Source: Clostridia bacterium | GTDB taxonomy: Bacteria; Bacillota; Clostridia; Christensenellales; CAG-138 | Reading direction: 5' to 3' | DNA length: 64,000 nucleotides | Assembly: GCA_017438865.1 (NCBI GenBank) | Contig: JAFRUN010000058.1 | Location: 12,833 to 76,832, forward strand | In this document: in pieces, positions 63,568 through 64,000 of the stretch | Numbering within the stretch: position 1 is the first letter of the stretch | Layout of the letters: the number at the start of each line of letters is the position of its first letter | Translations under genes and position numbers: made by a program | Notes under the pieces: generated by a model | Databases searched by the model: none | Seen by the model: only the letters and a program-made list of their open reading frames with translations | What the model was told of the DNA's origin: nothing

Positions 63568-63593
63568 GAAAAAAGCCCCGCAGACCGCGGGGC
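63568..63593 (-). terminator. Rho-independent terminator after the DUF4097 gene
   Basis: The minus strand reads GCCCCGC-GGTCT-GCGGGGC followed by TTTTTT. Confidence 0.8.
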
Positions 63594-63609
63594 CTATGAA
63601 TCGGATCCG

Positions 63610-64000
63610 TTACTCGACCGTAACGCTGCCGGAAACGACGTCGATCTGTACCTTCATCGCGCCGTTGCCGATCGTGTATGTTCTGCCGGAATTCTCGTAC
63701 GGCAGGTCGCAATGAAAGCTGCCGGAGACGGACTCGAAGTCGATCTTTGCGCCCGCTTCTTTGTCCGCAAGTCCGAGCCGGATCGCGCCGGACGCGCTGT
63801 CGATCCTGACCGTATCCGCCGCGATCTTTCCGAACGTGACGCCGCCGGACGCGCTGTTCACCTCAACCGATCCCGCCGTAATTGCATCGACGGTCAGTCC
63901 GCCGGACGCCGTGCCGACTTCGAAACTGCCCGAAACGGAGACCATGCCGAGATCCCATGCGCCGGACGCCGTTTCGATCCCGACCTCCTTTGCGGAAAGG
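63610..64000 (-). CDS. DUF4097-type beta-strand-repeat protein (C-terminal part; its 5' end lies outside the window)
   Basis: Repeated ...(S/T)ASGG(L/V)T(V/F)... units (SASGGVTFGKI, SASGAIRLGL, SVSGSFHC, VVSGSVTVE). My translation shows the frame stays open upstream of the tracked Met to position 64000 (LSAKEVGIETASGAWDLGMVSVSG). Confidence 0.6.
   Translation of the reverse strand, partial: LSAKEVGIETASGAWDLGMVSVSGSFEVGTASGGLTVDAITAGSVEVNSASGGVTFGKIAADTVRIDSASGAIRLGLADKEAGAKIDFESVSGSFHCDLPYENSGRTYTIGNGAMKVQIDVVSGSVTVE

Noticed and set aside
63456-63609. Possible cobalamin or other riboswitch upstream of the FecB/BtuF-type ABC importer
   Set aside because: After the upstream terminator, only about 110 nt remain. 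They contain a plausible TTGCCG-17-TATACT promoter and the RBS, which is too short and unstructured for a B12 aptamer.

Overview
This is a high-GC, Clostridia-type chromosomal segment. By gene content it looks Oscillospiraceae / Intestinimonas-Flavonifractor-like, but that placement is inference only. It is densely coding, and most of the long ORFs in the track are antisense artefacts of the GC-rich sequence. I see six blocks.

(1) 1-14.6 kb, minus strand: a Wzy-dependent exopolysaccharide/capsule operon. It is driven by a consensus sigma-A promoter and preceded by a LoaP-like NusG paralog. Gene order is CpsC/Wzz, an unusual CpsD kinase-CpsB phosphatase fusion, LCP, VanZ, a priming phosphotransferase, GT4, a TupA-like ATP-grasp, Wzy, GT2, LicD, a MurJ-type flippase, a truncated cytidylyltransferase remnant and a nucleotidyltransferase.

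(2) 14.7-20.6 kb: an esterase, an acyl-ACP thioesterase, a GH13 enzyme, a split transketolase and a malic enzyme.

(3) 20.7-32.6 kb: a kinase-less sugar catabolic locus. It holds a YihQ-type GH31, a GPH transporter, a fucose-isomerase-like enzyme, a PNP/UDP-family phosphorylase, a second split transketolase, RpiB, an Fe-ADH, a DMT exporter, a ROK regulator and DUF4867. This matches the transketolase-dependent sulfoquinovose (sulfo-TK) pathway architecture, but the glycosidase appears to lack two of the three sulfonate-binding residues.

(4) 32.6-36 kb: a YfcC transporter and a DedA/VTT-PlsC acyltransferase fusion.

(5) 36.1-52.7 kb: a lysine-to-butyrate fermentation set without the thiolase. 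It comprises kamB/kamC-like reactivase genes, an L-box lysine riboswitch whose architecture predicts an ON switch, then kal-kce-kdd-kamA-kamD-kamE-atoD-atoA. A low-GC solitary Mrr-like restriction gene is inserted next, followed on the minus strand by crt-hbd-bcd-etfB-etfA.

(6) 52.8-64 kb: a DMT transporter, an aldo/keto reductase, a GNAT, a P-loop protein, citE-citF with no citD plus a two-subunit class-I hydro-lyase, an iron/B12-type ABC importer, and a partial DUF4097 gene.

I found no rRNA, tRNA, CRISPR array or transposase.
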